From: Squalus acanthias
Lineage: Eukaryota
Direction: 5' to 3'
Length of the DNA stretch: 64,000 nucleotides
NCBI GenBank assembly: GCA_030390025.1
Contig: CM059432.1
Span: 34,970,001 to 35,034,000, forward strand
In this document: one piece after another, positions 62,600-64,000 of the stretch
Layout: every line of letters starts with the position of its first letter
Numbering within the stretch: the first letter of the stretch is position 1
Made by a program: the position numbers and the translations under genes
The notes under the pieces: model-generated
The model's database searches: none
What the model saw: only the letters and a program-made list of their open reading frames with translations
What the model was told of the DNA's origin: nothing

Positions 62600-64000
62600 G
62601 GCTAATAAAGGCAAGCATTCCGTATGCCTTCTTAACCACCTTATCTACCTGGCCTGCTACCTTCAGGGATCTGTGGACATGCACTCCAAGGTCCCTTTGT
62701 TCCTCTACACTACTCAGTGTCCTACCATTTAATGTGTATTCCCTTTCCTTGTTAGCCCTCCCCAAATGCATTACCTCACACTTCTCCGGATTGAATTCCA
62801 TTTGCCACTGTTCTGCCCACCTGACCAATTTATTGATATCTTACTGCAGTCTACAGCTTCCTTCTTCATTATCAACCACACAGCCGATTTTAGTATCATC
62901 TGCAAACTTCTTAATCATACCCCCCTATATTCAAGTCTAGATCATTGATATATACCACAAAAAGCAAGGGACCTAGTACTGAGCCCTGCGGAACCCCACT
63001 GGAAACAGTCTTCCAGTCACAAAAACGCCCATCAACTATTACCCTCTGCTTCCCGTCTCCGAGCCAGTTTTGAATCCAACTTGACACTTTGCCCTGGATC
63101 CCATGGGCTTTTAACTTCGTGACCAGTCTGCCATGTGGAACCTTATCAAAAGTCTTGCTAAAGTCCATATACACTACATCAAACACACTACCCTCATCTA
63201 CCCTCCTTGTTACCTCCTCAAAAAATTAAATCAAGTTTGTCAGACACGACCTTCCCTTAACAAATCCGTGCTGACTATCCCTGATTAATCCGTGTCTTTC
63301 TAAATGAAGATTTATCCTGTCCTTCAGAATTCTTTCCAATAATTTTCCCACCACCGAGGTTAGGCTGACTAGCCTGTAATTACTCGGTCTATCCTTTTCT
63401 CCCTTTTTAAACAAGGGTACCACATTAGCAGTCCTTCTAATCAGTTGGATTGGATGATTATGTCAAGATCAAATACAAACCATATAGTGTTGGGAAATGG
63501 AAAATTCAGCCCCAAGTGTCTTGCAGGACTCCTTGCCATTTTGTATATGAATTATTCATCAGAATCTTAACGCTACCACAAGGAGAGATTGAGGCGAATA
63601 GCGTAGATGCATTTAAGGGGAAGCTAGATAAGTACATGAGGGAAGAAAGGAATAGAAAGATGCTGATAGGGCTAGATGAAGTAAAAAGAGTGGGAGGAGG
63701 CTCGTGTGGAGCATAAACACTGTTGGGCTGAATGGCCTGTTTGCTGTGAATTCTATATAATCTTTGCCTGAAATCTTTGTTCTCCCAACTTCACTTCTAA
63801 TTAAGTAAATCACATCTACCAGTAGTAAATGTAAATTTGATTTTTTTTAAAATAGCATTGAGCCAAAATACTAAGTAAGATTAGCTGAATAAGGTCTTGG
63901 GGAGGAAATTGTTCTTGCCAATTTGCATTAATTGATGTTTTCAGAAAGAGATCCTGAAAGTAATAAAACAGAGACTATTGCCTGCTGTCATCATGCAGCA

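Larger units (their letters stand above)
61760..63435 (-). mobile_element. CR1 3' fragment containing the Penelope-like insertion
   Basis: RT ORFs 63226-63423, 62911-63186 and 61844-62347, with a catagaat tail. Confidence 0.87.

Overview
Repeat-dominated vertebrate genomic DNA, most likely a shark or other elasmobranch (inferred from the mix of CR1, L2, Deu-type SINE, Penelope and Harbinger repeats). The only host gene I can support is the terminal coding exon of a parathyroid hormone receptor (PTH1R) on the minus strand (51125-51496), with a TE-free ~1.3 kb candidate 3' UTR. Its upstream exons were not found in the window. The rest is nested transposons. A near full-length CR1 LINE (ORF1 with zinc finger, coiled coil and SGNH esterase; ORF2 with APE and RT) is preceded by a ~2.5 kb array of ~100 25-bp units. 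It is interrupted by a ~1.5 kb TG..CA solo-LTR-like element, which itself carries a Harbinger MITE. A decayed two-gene Harbinger transposon sits inside one CR1 and contains another. There is also a 5'-truncated RTE LINE and Penelope-like fragments with minimal hammerhead-ribozyme motifs. An intron-retaining tRNA-Tyr is fused to a CR1 3' tail and flanked by a target-site duplication. All family assignments come from recognising motifs by eye, with no database search. Nothing here is demonstrably a new system; the best candidates for novelty are the pre-tRNA/CR1 chimera, the array-headed CR1 and the hammerhead motifs.
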